From IMG/VR virus record IMGVR_UViG_2861084961_000002: a DNA stretch of 47,167 nucleotides; one strand, 5' to 3'. The notes beneath the pieces were generated by a model. It was not told the origin of the DNA, did no database searches, and was given only the letters and a program-made list of their open reading frames with translations. Positions within the stretch are counted from its first letter, which is position 1. The number at the start of each line of letters is the position of its first letter. This document shows positions 10,815 to 21,228 of this stretch, in pieces. Position numbers and translations under genes: made by a program. Origin of the DNA: a virus. Its lineage: Duplodnaviria; Heunggongvirae; Uroviricota; Caudoviricetes.

Positions 10815-11672
10815 TTATCGTTTATTTCTTTGATGTTTCTTTGCAGACTCAGCTTGAGTGTTTCCATACCTGCGTTTACCGCTATTGTTTTTTCCCCTAG
10901 GCTTGCCTTTTTTTCGATCTTCCCACCAGTCAGGTGCCGGGTCTGGCTCAACATGTAAAGCATCGGCAAGTCCTGATATCAAGCTGTATGACTGAACTCC
11001 ATCAATGTGCTCTGACAGTGATGGGGTAACATTCTGTCTTAGTGGATCAAGAATAAAATCAATACCTTTAATTCTGGCGTGTTTGGCGGCAGGCACAAAG
11101 TCTGAGTCCCCAGCAACAAGGACAATTACATCAACAAGTTTTTCATAAGCTAAAGTCGTGATATCCATCCCTAGCTTGATATCAACTTGTTTTTGTTTGA
11201 TGTCATAGTAAAAATCATCATTTGTCAGTTCATCCCATTTTTTCGTTCCTTTCATCAGAGCATCAAGGGAGAATGTAGTTAGTTGCCATCGCTTATTATC
11301 AACAAGATTCCCTAATCTTAAGGCTGTTTTTCGAGTTTTTCTTAACTCTTCATGCAGCTCCGTTCTCAGAATATATGATTTTTCGAGTTTGAAATTCTTG
11401 CGACCAGGCGTCTTATTGCCAGGCTCAGGAAGTGGAAGGCGTGTTTGAATGTCGAGTGGTGGACAGTCATAGAAGTAAATTCTATAAAGCTCAAGCGGTT
11501 CCCTACGTTCTTGTGATTGACGTTTTCCATTAAGATGGGAAAGAACCATTGACCATATTACTTTCATTATGCATTGCGCAGTCAGTTCATGCTCGGCGAA
11601 GTGTTTACGATGCGTAGCATGAACACGCTGCATGAAAAAACCCGCATCAATTAAAATTGCTGCTTTCTTCAT
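10815..11672 (-). CDS. NYN-domain (PIN-like nuclease fold) protein with lysine/arginine-rich C-terminal tail; occupies the rexA/rexB position downstream of cI
   Basis: 285-aa ORF; N-terminal AAILIDAGFF and central VIVLVAGDSDFVPAAKHARIKGIDFILDPL match NYN hallmark motifs from memory; not recognised as RexA or RexB. Confidence 0.75.
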   Translation of the reverse strand: MKKAAILIDAGFFMQRVHATHRKHFAEHELTAQCIMKVIWSMVLSHLNGKRQSQERREPLELYRIYFYDCPPLDIQTRLPLPEPGNKTPGRKNFKLEKSYILRTELHEELRKTRKTALRLGNLVDNKRWQLTTFSLDALMKGTKKWDELTNDDFYYDIKQKQVDIKLGMDITTLAYEKLVDVIVLVAGDSDFVPAAKHARIKGIDFILDPLRQNVTPSLSEHIDGVQSYSLISGLADALHVEPDPAPDWWEDRKKGKPRGKNNSGKRRYGNTQAESAKKHQRNKR

Positions 11673-11799
11673 AAGAGTCCCAAAAAAATAGCCCAGAGCC
11701 GTTATGCAGATATTAACAATTGTCTGCGAACGGGGCTGGGCTTGGTTTAATTAATCTATGCCAAGTTGACTGTGCCGTCAACATAAAACTTACTTCCTA

Positions 11800-12516
<717 letters not shown>

Positions 12517-12523
12517 TTAAATC

Positions 12524-12589
12524 TATCACCGCAAGGGATAAATATCTAACACCGTGCGTGTTGACTATTTTACCTCTGGCGGTGATAAT
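12524..12589. promoter_or_regulatory. oR3-oR2-oR1 operators with divergent pRM and pR promoters
   Basis: TATCACCGCAAGGGATA, TAACACCGTGCGTGTTG, TACCTCTGGCGGTGATA; pR -35 TTGACT (12561-12566) and -10 GATAAT (12584-12589). Confidence 0.9.
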
Positions 12590-12604
12590 AGTTGCATGTA
12601 CTAA

Positions 12605-12814
<210 letters not shown>

Positions 12815-12821
12815 ATAACCC

Positions 12822-12853
12822 CGCTCTTACCCATCCCCGCCCTGAAAAAGGGC
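12822..12853 (+). promoter_or_regulatory. nutR: nutR (boxA CGCTCTTAC, boxB GCCCTGAAAAAGGGC)
   Basis: Both motifs read directly downstream of cro. Confidence 0.85.
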
Positions 12854-12932
12854 ATCCAATTAAACCACACCTATGGTGTATGCATTTATTTGCATACATT
12901 CAATCAATTGTTATCTAAGGAAATACTTACAT

Positions 12933-13226
12933 ATGGTTCGTGCAAACAAACGCAACGAGGCACTACGAATCGAGAGTGCGTTGCTTAACAAAATCGCAAT
13001 GCTTGGAACTGAGAAGACAGCGGAAGCTGTGGGAGTTGATAAGTCGCAGATCAGCAGGTGGAAGAGAGACTGGATTCCCAAGTTCTCAATGCTGCTTGCT
13101 GTTCTTGAATGGGGGGTCGTTGACGACGACATGGCTCGATTGGCGCGACAAGTTGCTGCGATTCTCACCAATAAAAAACGCCCGGCGGCAACCGAGCGTT
13201 CTGAACAAATCCAGATGGAGTTCTGA
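12933..13226 (+). CDS. cII: CII transcriptional activator
   Basis: 97-aa product MVRANKRNEALRIESALLNKIAMLGTEKTAEAVGVDKSQISRWKRDW... inside track ORF 12873-13226. Confidence 0.95.
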   Translation: MVRANKRNEALRIESALLNKIAMLGTEKTAEAVGVDKSQISRWKRDWIPKFSMLLAVLEWGVVDDDMARLARQVAAILTNKKRPAATERSEQIQMEF

Positions 13227-13248
13227 GGTCATTACTGGATCTATCAAC
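13172..13248 (-). ncRNA. oop: OOP antisense RNA (position inferred from lambda; ends approximate)
   Basis: Minus-strand hairpin plus T-run near 13165-13195 antisense to the cII 3' end; coordinates transferred from the lambda map, not determined independently. Confidence 0.4.
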
Positions 13249-13258
13249 AGGAGTCATT

Positions 13259-14158
13259 ATGACAAATACAGCAAAAATACTCAACTTCGGCAGAGGTAAC
13301 TTTGCCGGACAGGAGCGTAATGTGGCAGATCTCGATGATGGTTACGCCAGACTATCAAATATGCTGCTTGAGGCTTATTCGGGCGCAGATCTGACCAAGC
13401 GACAGTTTAAAGTGCTGCTTGCCATTCTGCGTAAAACCTATGGGTGGAATAAACCAATGGACAGAATCACCGATTCTCAACTTAGCGAGATTACAAAGTT
13501 ACCTGTCAAACGGTGCAATGAAGCCAAGTTAGAACTCGTCAGAATGAATATTATCAAGCAGCAAGGCGGCATGTTTGGACCAAATAAAAACATCTCAGAA
13601 TGGTGTATCCCTCAAAACGAGGGACAATCCCCTAAAACGAGGGATAAAACATCCCTCAAATTGGGGGATTGCTATCCCTCAAAACAGGGGGACACAAAAG
13701 ACACTATTACAAAAGAAAAAAGAAAAGATTATTCGTCAGAGAATTCTGGCGAATCCTCTGACCAGCCAGAAAACGATCTTTCTGTGGTTAAACCGGATGC
13801 TGCAATTCAGAGCGGCAGCAAGTGGGGGACAGCAGAAGACCTGACCGCCGCAGAGTGGATGTTTGACATGGTGAAGACTATCGCACCATCAGCCAGAAAA
13901 CCGAATTTTGCTGGGTGGGCTAACGATATCCGCCTGATGCGTGAACGTGACGGACGTAACCACCGCGATATGTGTGTGCTTTTCCGCTGGGCCTGCCAGG
14001 ACAACTTCTGGTCCGGTAACGTGCTGAGTCCGGCCAAACTCCGCGACAAGTGGACCCAGCTCGAAATCAACCGTAACAAGCAACAGGCAGGCGTGACAGC
14101 CAGCAAACCAAAACTCGACCTGACAAACACTGACTGGATTTACGGGGTGGATTTATGA
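13259..14158 (+). CDS. O: Replication initiator O
   Basis: 299-aa ORF recognised as lambda O; contains the ori iterons. Confidence 0.97.
   Translation: MTNTAKILNFGRGNFAGQERNVADLDDGYARLSNMLLEAYSGADLTKRQFKVLLAILRKTYGWNKPMDRITDSQLSEITKLPVKRCNEAKLELVRMNIIKQQGGMFGPNKNISEWCIPQNEGQSPKTRDKTSLKLGDCYPSKQGDTKDTITKEKRKDYSSENSGESSDQPENDLSVVKPDAAIQSGSKWGTAEDLTAAEWMFDMVKTIAPSARKPNFAGWANDIRLMRERDGRNHRDMCVLFRWACQDNFWSGNVLSPAKLRDKWTQLEINRNKQQAGVTASKPKLDLTNTDWIYGVDL
13607..13745 (+). repeat. ori-lambda: four ATCCCTCAAAACGAGGGA-type iterons plus adjacent AT-rich tract
   Basis: Tandem iterons read directly inside the O gene, followed by an A/T-rich segment. Confidence 0.9.
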
Positions 14159-14856
14159 AAAACATCGCCGCACAGATGGTTAACTTTGACCGTGAGCAGA
14201 TGCGTCGGATCGCCAACAACATGCCGGAACAGTACGACGAAAAGCCGCAGGTACAACAGGTAGCGCAGATCATCAATGGTGTGTTCAGCCAGTTACTGGC
14301 AACTTTCCCGGCGAGCCTGGCTAACCGGGACCAGAACGAACTGAACGAAATCCGCCGCCAGTGGGTGCTGGCTTTCCGGGAAAACGGGATCACCACAATG
14401 GAACAGGTTAACGCAGGAATGCGCGTAGCCCGTCGGCAGAATCGACCATTTCTGCCATCACCCGGGCAGTTTGTTGCATGGTGCCGGGAAGAAGCATCCG
14501 TTATCGCCGGACTGCCAAACGTCAGCGAGCTGGTTGATATGGTTTACGAGTATTGCCGGAAGCGAGGCCTGTATCCGGATGCGGAGTCTTATCCGTGGAA
14601 ATCAAACGCGCACTACTGGCTGGTTACCAACCTGTATCAGAACATGCGGGCCAATGCGCTTACTGATGCGGAATTACGCCGTAAGGCCGCAGATGAGCTT
14701 GTCCATATGACTGCGAGAATTAACCGTGGTGAGGCGATCCCTGAACCAGTAAAACAACTTCCTGTCATGGGCGGTAGACCTCTAAATCGTGCACAGGCTC
14801 TGGCGAAGATCGCAGAAATCAAAGCTAAGTTCGGACTGAAAGGAGCAAGTGTATGA
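14155..14856 (+). CDS. P: Replication protein P (DnaB loader)
   Basis: 233-aa ORF recognised as lambda P. Confidence 0.97.
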   Translation: MKNIAAQMVNFDREQMRRIANNMPEQYDEKPQVQQVAQIINGVFSQLLATFPASLANRDQNELNEIRRQWVLAFRENGITTMEQVNAGMRVARRQNRPFLPSPGQFVAWCREEASVIAGLPNVSELVDMVYEYCRKRGLYPDAESYPWKSNAHYWLVTNLYQNMRANALTDAELRRKAADELVHMTARINRGEAIPEPVKQLPVMGGRPLNRAQALAKIAEIKAKFGLKGASV

Positions 14857-15143
14857 CGGGCAAAGAGGCAATTATTCATTACCTGGGGACGCATAATAGC
14901 TTCTGTGCGCCGGACGTTGCCGCGCTAACAGGCGCAACAGTAACCAGCATAAATCAGGCCGCGGCTAAAATGGCACGGGCAGGTCTTCTGGTTATCGAAG
15001 GTAAGGTCTGGCGAACGGTGTATTACCGGTTTGCTACCAAGGAAGAACGGGAAGGAAAGATGAGCACGAACCTGATTTTTAAGGAGTGTCGCCAGAGTGC
15101 CGCGATGAAACGGGTATTGGCGGTATATGGAGTTAAAAGATGA
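14853..15143 (+). CDS. ren: Ren
   Basis: 96-aa ORF MTGKEAIIHYLGTHNSFCAPDVAALTGATVTSINQAAAKMARAG... Confidence 0.9.
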   Translation: MTGKEAIIHYLGTHNSFCAPDVAALTGATVTSINQAAAKMARAGLLVIEGKVWRTVYYRFATKEEREGKMSTNLIFKECRQSAAMKRVLAVYGVKR

Positions 15144-15216
15144 CCATCTACATCACTGAGCTAATAACAGGCCTGCTGGTAATCGCAGGCCTTTTTATTT
15201 GGGGGAGAGGGAAGTC

Positions 15217-15657
15217 ATGAAAAAACTAACCTTTGAAATTCGATCTCCAGCACATCAGCAAAACGCTATTCACGCAGTACAGCAAATCCTTCCAGACCCA
15301 ACCAAACCAATCGTAGTAACCATTCAGGAACGCAACCGCAGCTTAGACCAAAACAGGAAGCTATGGGCCTGCTTAGGTGACGTCTCTCGTCAGGTTGAAT
15401 GGCATGGTCGCTGGCTGGATGCAGAAAGCTGGAAGTGTGTGTTTACCGCAGCATTAAAGCAGCAGGATGTTGTTCCTAACCTTGCCGGGAATGGCTTTGT
15501 GGTAATAGGCCAGTCAACCAGCAGGATGCGTGTAGGCGAATTTGCGGAGCTATTAGAGCTTATACAGGCATTCGGTACAGAGCGTGGCGTTAAGTGGTCA
15601 GACGAAGCGAGACTGGCTCTGGAGTGGAAAGCGAGATGGGGAGATCGGGCTGCATGA
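15217..15657 (+). CDS. ninB: NinB recombination protein
   Basis: 146-aa product MKKLTFEIRSPAHQQNAIHAVQQILPDPTKPIVVTIQERNRSLDQNRKLWACLGDV... Confidence 0.93.
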   Translation: MKKLTFEIRSPAHQQNAIHAVQQILPDPTKPIVVTIQERNRSLDQNRKLWACLGDVSRQVEWHGRWLDAESWKCVFTAALKQQDVVPNLAGNGFVVIGQSTSRMRVGEFAELLELIQAFGTERGVKWSDEARLALEWKARWGDRAA

Positions 15658-16181
15658 CTATCAAATCAAATACGCCAGCACACGACAAGGACTGCTGGCA
15701 AACGCCGCTTTGGCTTTTTGATGCACTGGATATTGAGTTTGGATTCTGGCTGGATTCTGCAGCGAGCGACAAAAATGCTCTGTGTGCTCACTGGCTAACT
15801 GAGGCCGACGACGCGCTCAATTCTGAGTGGGTAAGCCACGGTGCAATCTGGAATAACCCACCGTACAGCAATATCAGGCCGTGGGTGGAAAAAGCCGCTG
15901 AGCAGTGCATACAACAGCGACAGACGGTAGTTATGCTTGTGCCAGAGGATATGTCAGTCGGATGGTTCAGCAAGGCTCTGGAGAGTGTCGACGAAGTTCG
16001 CATTATCACTGATGGACGGATTAATTTTATCGAACCATCGACAGGGCTGGAGAAGAAGGGAAACAGCAAAGGCTCCATGCTGCTGATTTGGCGACCGTTC
16101 ATCAGTCCTCGACGGATGTTTACTACCGTATCCAAAGCGGCATTGATGGCGATCGGGCAGGGCGTCAGGAGGGCGGCATGA
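15654..16181 (+). CDS. Phage Dam-type DNA N6-adenine methyltransferase (in the ninC position)
   Basis: Start [26 protein letters not shown]... with ATGA overlap to ninB; NPPY motif (IWNNPPYSN). Confidence 0.8.
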   Translation: MTIKSNTPAHDKDCWQTPLWLFDALDIEFGFWLDSAASDKNALCAHWLTEADDALNSEWVSHGAIWNNPPYSNIRPWVEKAAEQCIQQRQTVVMLVPEDMSVGWFSKALESVDEVRIITDGRINFIEPSTGLEKKGNSKGSMLLIWRPFISPRRMFTTVSKAALMAIGQGVRRAA

Positions 16182-16354
16182 GGCGACAGCGACGAAGTTT
16201 CACCGACATCATCTGCGAAAACTGCAAATACCTTCCAACGAAACGCTCCAGAAATAAACGCAAGCCAATCCCAAAAGAATCTGACGTAAAAACCTTCAAT
16301 TACACAGCTCACCTGTGGGATATCCGGTGGCTAAGATATCGTGCGAGGAAATGA
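16178..16354 (+). CDS. ninE: NinE-like protein
   Basis: 58-aa product [58 protein letters not shown]; AGGAGG RBS; ATGA overlap. Confidence 0.75.
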   Translation: MRRQRRSFTDIICENCKYLPTKRSRNKRKPIPKESDVKTFNYTAHLWDIRWLRYRARK

Positions 16355-16698
16355 CAATGGATTATTCACAGTTAAGTGATTTTGAAATTAACAGAATGGT
16401 AGGAGACATAATTTTTAAAGGCCTTTGGGCAAGTAAACCGGAAACATCAGGGAATAACACCAACAAATGGTATTACGGAAATGCTGATACAACTTTTGAG
16501 CCATTAAATCATTTGCCTGACTACTGCAATGATCCGAGCGCTTCATGGCCGATTATTGAGAAATACAGGATTTCTATCTTAGACCAGTTAACTGAATGGT
16601 GTGTGGATGCAAAAGGCGTAAGCCCAATATTTGATGCCAGACCTCTCCGCGCCGCCATGATTGTCTTTCTCCTGATGCAGGAGGCCAATAATGCTTAG
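16351..16698 (+). CDS. Hypothetical nin-region protein
   Basis: 115-aa ORF from ATG 16351 with GAGGAA RBS; not recognised. Confidence 0.6.
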   Translation: MTMDYSQLSDFEINRMVGDIIFKGLWASKPETSGNNTNKWYYGNADTTFEPLNHLPDYCNDPSASWPIIEKYRISILDQLTEWCVDAKGVSPIFDARPLRAAMIVFLLMQEANNA

Positions 16699-16885
16699 CC
16701 CATCTCAATCCCTTCAATACCTGAAAGGAAGCATAGAGCGGGCTTCAATGTGCACAGAGTGGATTCTATCTAGGTTTAGCGCATACAGAAGATTGCCGGT
16801 AAAGGGCATGCCAAGCAAGTCGATGCTGCATATGCAAAAGAATGCGCGCTGGAAGGTATGGCGAGAACACAGGTTATCTGGCTGA
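16691..16885 (+). CDS. NinF-like protein (N-terminus as in lambda NinF, divergent C-terminus)
   Basis: [18 protein letters not shown]... resembles the NinF N-terminus I recall; the rest does not. Confidence 0.5.
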   Translation: MLSPSQSLQYLKGSIERASMCTEWILSRFSAYRRLPVKGMPSKSMLHMQKNARWKVWREHRLSG

Positions 16886-16904
16886 AAGAGGGGGTTATTA
16901 AGGC

Positions 16905-17267
16905 GTGAATACCTACAGCATCACATTACCCTGGCCTCCGAGCAATAATCGCTATTACCGCCATAATCGCGGGCGCACGCACGTTAGCGCAGAGGGGCAG
17001 GCATACTGCGATAACGTCGCCCGAATCATTAAAAACGCAATGCTGGATATCGGCCTGGCTATGCCTGTGAAAATCCGCATTGAGTGCCACATGCCGGATC
17101 GCCGTCGCCGTGACCTGGATAATCTGCAAAAAGCCTCTTTTGACGCACTCACCAAAGCAGGTTTCTGGCTGGATGATGCTCAGGTCGTTGATTACCGCGT
17201 TGTGAAGATGCCTGTTACCAAAGGTGGGAGGCTGGAACTGACCATCACCGAAATGGGGAATGAATGA
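16905..17267 (+). CDS. rusA: RusA Holliday-junction resolvase
   Basis: 120-aa [50 protein letters not shown]... Confidence 0.92.
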   Translation: MNTYSITLPWPPSNNRYYRHNRGRTHVSAEGQAYCDNVARIIKNAMLDIGLAMPVKIRIECHMPDRRRRDLDNLQKASFDALTKAGFWLDDAQVVDYRVVKMPVTKGGRLELTITEMGNE

Positions 17268-17404
17268 TGTTTGAGTTTAATATGGCAGAACTTCTTCGCC
17301 ACCGCTGGGGGCGTCTGCGCTTATATCGTTTCCCCGGTTCTGTTTTGACCGATTACCGAATACTGAAGAATTACGCCAAAACCCTGACAGGAGCAGGAGT
17401 ATGA
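17264..17404 (+). CDS. ylcG: Small protein YlcG-like (46 aa)
   Basis: Hand-translated [46 protein letters not shown], overlapping rusA stop; same position as DLP12 ylcG. Confidence 0.6.
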   Translation: MMFEFNMAELLRHRWGRLRLYRFPGSVLTDYRILKNYAKTLTGAGV

Positions 17405-17489
17405 AGTCAGAGATAACAATCAACTAATACTGTTTTGTTGATTTTTGCTTGTAATTGGCGTTCTGGTCTGATTTTTGTGGAGTAAGTTG

Positions 17490-17873
17490 ATGCGTGATAT
17501 TCAGATGGTTCTTGAGCGTTGGGGAGCGTGGGCGGCTAATAATCATGAAGATGTGACCTGGTCGTCCATTGCCGCCGGTTTTAAGGGATTAATTACTTCA
17601 AAAGTAAAATCTCGCCCGCAATGTTGTGACGATGACGCGATGATCATTTGCGGGTGCATGGCCCGTCTGAAAAAGAACAACAGCGATTTGCACGATTTAT
17701 TAGTAGATTATTATGTAGTCGGTATGACATTCATGTCACTGGCAGGTAAGCATTGCTGCTCTGATGGTTATATCGGGAAAAGGTTACAGAAGGCTGAGGG
17801 TATAATTGAAGGGATGTTAATGGCATTAGATATCCGGTTAGAGATGGATATCGTTGTTAATAACTCTAATTAA
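17490..17873 (+). CDS. Q: Late antiterminator Q (phage 82 / QuuD type)
   Basis: 127-aa product [60 protein letters not shown]...; GGAG RBS. Confidence 0.9.
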   Translation: MRDIQMVLERWGAWAANNHEDVTWSSIAAGFKGLITSKVKSRPQCCDDDAMIICGCMARLKKNNSDLHDLLVDYYVVGMTFMSLAGKHCCSDGYIGKRLQKAEGIIEGMLMALDIRLEMDIVVNNSN

Positions 17874-18060
17874 TATGCCAATTGTTTACTAAAAATTATT
17901 AAAAATGGGGCGTTGAGACGCCCCCAAAAATAAAGGGTAATATATAACAGAAGGTTTATATAGTTAGAAGCAAGGTTGTGCTTCTAAAGGAAGTGGCTTG
18001 AGGGAGCCACTTATATGTTGGGGAGGCAACGCCTCCCGCAACATATCTTTTTCGTAATCA
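17874..18060. promoter_or_regulatory. Q-proximal late regulatory region with four stem-loops (putative pR'/qut; minus-strand porin terminator at 17889-17924)
   Basis: Hairpins at about 17907-17924, 17966-17985, 17992-18011 and 18021-18037; the first is followed on the minus strand by ATTTTTAATAATTTTT. Confidence 0.4.
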
Positions 18061-18062
18061 GA

Positions 18063-19160
18063 TTAGAACTGGTAAACCAGACCTACAGCAACGATGTCAT
18101 CAGTGCTTACACCGAGTGCTTTAGTGAAGTCATTTTTGTCAAGCAGGTTGATTTTGTAATCAACGAAAGTAGACATATTTTTGTTGAAGTAATAGGTTGC
18201 ACCTACATCAACATATTTGACTAAGTCCTGATCGCCCCATACTCCAAGATCCTTACCTTTAGATTGCAGGTAAGCAACGGACGGACGCAGACCGAAATCG
18301 AACTGATATTGTGCAACAGCTTCGAAGTTTTGGGCTTTATTAGCAACGAAGTGATCAGCAAATACAGTCATATTCTGGGTTTCAGAATAGGTAGTGGCCA
18401 GGTAAATGTTGTTAGCGTCATATTTCAGACCTGCGGCCCAAACTTCTGCATTTTTACCGGAAGCAAATACTTCAGGAAGAACTTTCCCTGCATTAACTTG
18501 AGTGTCGGTACGATCAGATTTCGCATAAGTTGCACCGATACCGAATCCTTCGTATTCATAGGTAGCAGAGAAACCGAAGCCATCACCGTTACCTTCAGTG
18601 TAGTTATCGAAATCGCTACGATCGTTTTTGCCTTGGTACTGAGCAGCAAAATTCAGACCATCAACCAGACCAAAGAAGTCGTTGTTACGATAGGTTGCAA
18701 CACCAGTTGCACGTTGAGTCATGAACACGTCGGTTTGAGTCCAAGTGTCACCACCGAATTCTGGCAGGACGTCAGTCCACGCACCGATGTCGTATGCTAC
18801 ACCGTAGTTACGGCCGTAATCGATGGAGCCGTAGTCACCGAATTTCAGGCCAGCGAAGGCAAGACGGGTTTTATCTTTGGAGGAACCTTGAGATTCAGCG
18901 CGGTTGCCTTTGAATTCATATTCCCACTGACCGAAACCAGTCAGTTGATCGTTGATTTGGGTTTCACCTTTGAAGCCAAGACGGGCATAAGTAGTATCAC
19001 CATCATCTGCATCATTAGAGGAGAAGTAGTGCTTAGCATTAACTTTCCCGTACAGATCCAGCTTGTTACTGTCTTTATTATAAATTTCAGCTGCCTGAGC
19101 AGACATCGCCATCAGTACTGATGCAGCTACAGCAGAAATTGCCACTGTTAATTTTTTCAT
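18063..19160 (-). CDS. nmpC: Outer-membrane porin, NmpC/Lc (OmpC-family) type; lysogenic-conversion gene
   Basis: Start [23 protein letters not shown] (signal peptide) inside track ORF 18063-19220; C-terminal ...VAVGLVYQF beta-barrel signature. Confidence 0.9.
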   Translation of the reverse strand: MKKLTVAISAVAASVLMAMSAQAAEIYNKDSNKLDLYGKVNAKHYFSSNDADDGDTTYARLGFKGETQINDQLTGFGQWEYEFKGNRAESQGSSKDKTRLAFAGLKFGDYGSIDYGRNYGVAYDIGAWTDVLPEFGGDTWTQTDVFMTQRATGVATYRNNDFFGLVDGLNFAAQYQGKNDRSDFDNYTEGNGDGFGFSATYEYEGFGIGATYAKSDRTDTQVNAGKVLPEVFASGKNAEVWAAGLKYDANNIYLATTYSETQNMTVFADHFVANKAQNFEAVAQYQFDFGLRPSVAYLQSKGKDLGVWGDQDLVKYVDVGATYYFNKNMSTFVDYKINLLDKNDFTKALGVSTDDIVAVGLVYQF

Positions 19161-19587
19161 CGTGAGCCCTTTTTTTGAACTATTATTAAAAAATGATGTC
19201 ACTGCGCGATAAATATTCATCTAATCAATGTGATTATTTCAAGATGTAAGTTTTGGTTTCTCGTTTGATTTGTGAAGTAGATCTCTATTTTTATCTGAAC
19301 TTTTTTCTATCGAATCCTATTCATGGCTCTTGGCTGAATAAAAATAAATCTGTTAGCCAATTTATATTAACGGCTGTTATTTATAAGCGCTCTATAATTT
19401 GAAGGTTCAATTTAAACCAGCTAAAAATAACACTGGAAATTATTTGTTGGTTATTTGTTGAGATTTGCTTATGTATTTGTAGTGGTGTTTTCAATACTCG
19501 GTAGCATTCTCGCAAATATCATTTAGTGGTTTACGTACGTAAAAAATTGGTTATGCTGTTAAGAGTGGTTACTTCGTCACACAGCTT

Positions 19588-19620
19588 AAACCCGCCGTCG
19601 AGCGGGTTTTTCCATTTTTT
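19588..19620 (+). terminator. Rho-independent terminator upstream of the lysis genes (tR'-like)
   Basis: Stem AAACCCGC/GCGGGTTT with 6-nt loop followed by TTTTCCATTTTTT. Confidence 0.6.
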
Positions 19621-19732
19621 GAGTCTCGATATTAGCTGATAACCCAATACCTGAGTTATTCACTGACTCCGAGTCTGTTACGTTTCGTAGTATTCCCTCA
19701 ATTTACACCCGCTTTGTCTGCGAGGTGGGGTT

Positions 19733-19948
19733 ATGAAATCCATGGATAAGTTAACAACGGGTGTCGCCTATGGCACCTCAGCAGGTAGTGCCGGGTACTG
19801 GTTTTTACAGCTGCTAGATAAAGTCACGCCCTCACAGTGGGCGGCAATTGGAGTGCTGGGTAGCCTGGTATTTGGCCTGCTGACGTACCTGACAAACCTT
19901 TATTTCAAGATTAAAGAAGATAAGCGCAAGGCTGCGAGAGGTGGATAA
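19733..19948 (+). CDS. S: Holin (phage 21 S-type; dual start MKSMDK)
   Basis: 71-aa ORF with transmembrane segments and charged C-terminus; GAGGTGGGG RBS. Confidence 0.9.
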
Positions 19949-20445
19949 TGCCTCCATCATTACGAAAAGCTGTTGCTGCTGCTATTGGTGGCGGGGCTAT
20001 TGCTATAGCATCTGTATTAATCACTGGCCCAAGTGGTAACGATGGTCTGGAAGGTGTGAGACATAATCCTTACAAAGACATAGTTGGTGTATGGACTGTA
20101 TGTCACGGGCATACAGGAAAAGACATCATTCCCGGTAAAACGTATACCGAAGCAGAGTGCAAAGCCCTCCTGAATAAAGACCTTGCCACTGTCGCCAGAC
20201 AAATTAACCCGTACATCAAAGTCGATATACCGGAAACAACGCGCGGCGCTCTTTACTCGTTCGTCTACAACGTGGGTGCTGGCAATTTCAGAACATCGAC
20301 GCTTCTTCGCAAAATAAACCAGTGTGATATTAAAGGCGCATGTGATCAGCTACGTCGCTGGACATATGCTGGCGGTAAGCAATGGAAAGGTCTCATGACT
20401 CGTCGTGAGATTGAGCGTGAAATCTGTTTGTGGGGTCAGCAATGA
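19948..20445 (+). CDS. R: Endolysin (lysozyme, SAR-type N-terminus)
   Basis: 165-aa ORF with hydrophobic N-terminus [15 protein letters not shown] and lysozyme-like body; overlaps holin stop. Confidence 0.9.
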   Translation: MPPSLRKAVAAAIGGGAIAIASVLITGPSGNDGLEGVRHNPYKDIVGVWTVCHGHTGKDIIPGKTYTEAECKALLNKDLATVARQINPYIKVDIPETTRGALYSFVYNVGAGNFRTSTLLRKINQCDIKGACDQLRRWTYAGGKQWKGLMTRREIEREICLWGQQ

Positions 20446-20903
20446 ACAGAGTAACCGCGATTATCTCCGCTCTGGTTATCTGCATCATCGTCGGCCTGTC
20501 ATGGGCTGTTAATCATTACCGTGATAACGCCATTACCTACAAAGCCCAGCGCGACAAAAATGCCAGAGAACTGAAGCTGGCGAACGCGGCAATTACTGAC
20601 ATGCAGATGCGTCAGCGTGATGTTGCTGCGCTCGATGCAAAATACACGAAGGAGTTAGCTGATGCGAAAGCTGAAAATGATGCTCTGCGTGATGATGTTG
20701 CCGCTGGTCGTCGTCGGTTGCACATCAAAGCAGTCTGTCAGTCAGTGCGTGAAGCCACCACCGCCTCCGGCGTGGATAATGCAGCCTCCCCCCGACTGGC
20801 AGACACCGCTGAACGGGATTATTTCACCCTCAGAGAGAGGCTGATTACTATGCAAAAACAACTGGAAGGAACCCAGAAGTATATTAATGAGCAGTGCAGA
20901 TAG
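20442..20903 (+). CDS. Rz: Spanin inner-membrane subunit Rz
   Basis: Start [22 protein letters not shown] (TM) then coiled coil; overlaps endolysin stop. Confidence 0.85.
   Translation: MNRVTAIISALVICIIVGLSWAVNHYRDNAITYKAQRDKNARELKLANAAITDMQMRQRDVAALDAKYTKELADAKAENDALRDDVAAGRRRLHIKAVCQSVREATTASGVDNAASPRLADTAERDYFTLRERLITMQKQLEGTQKYINEQCR
20662..20844 (+). CDS. Rz1: Spanin outer-membrane lipoprotein subunit Rz1, embedded in Rz
   Basis: 60-aa ORF with lipobox VVGC and proline-rich tail, in the +1 frame of Rz. Confidence 0.85.
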   Translation: MRKLKMMLCVMMLPLVVVGCTSKQSVSQCVKPPPPPAWIMQPPPDWQTPLNGIISPSERG

Positions 20904-20934
20904 AGCTGCCCATATCTATGGGCAACTCATGCAA

Positions 20935-21228
20935 TTATTGTGAGCAATACACACGCGCTTCCAGCGGAGTATAAATGCCTAAAGTAATAAAACCGAGAAA
21001 TCCATTTACGAATGTTTGCTGGGTTTCTGTTTTAACAACATTTTCTGCGCCGCCACAAATTTTGGCTGCATCAACAGTTTTCTCCTGTCCAATTCCCGAA
21101 ACGAAGAAATGATGGGTGATGGTTTCCTTTGGTGTTACTGCTGTCGGTTTGTTTCCAACAGTAAACGTCTGTTGAGCACATCCTGTAATAAGCATTGCCA
21201 GAGCGGCAGAAAACAACATTTTTTTCAT
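20935..21228 (-). CDS. bor: Bor lipoprotein (serum-resistance, lysogenic conversion)
   Basis: 97-aa product MKKMLFSAALAMLITGCAQQTFTVGNKPTAVTPKETITHHFFVSGIGQEKTVDAAKICGG... Confidence 0.92.
   Translation of the reverse strand: MKKMLFSAALAMLITGCAQQTFTVGNKPTAVTPKETITHHFFVSGIGQEKTVDAAKICGGAENVVKTETQQTFVNGFLGFITLGIYTPLEARVYCSQ

Noticed and set aside
10748-10969. Two mutually antisense 68-73 aa ORFs spanning the 3' end of the NYN gene and its terminator
   Set aside because: One is antisense to the NYN gene, the other overlaps its stop and terminator; neither has a plausible start context.
10815-11672. Checked whether the gene downstream of cI is rexA or rexB
   Set aside because: The protein does not match RexA or RexB as I recall them and there is one gene rather than two; described instead as a NYN-domain protein.
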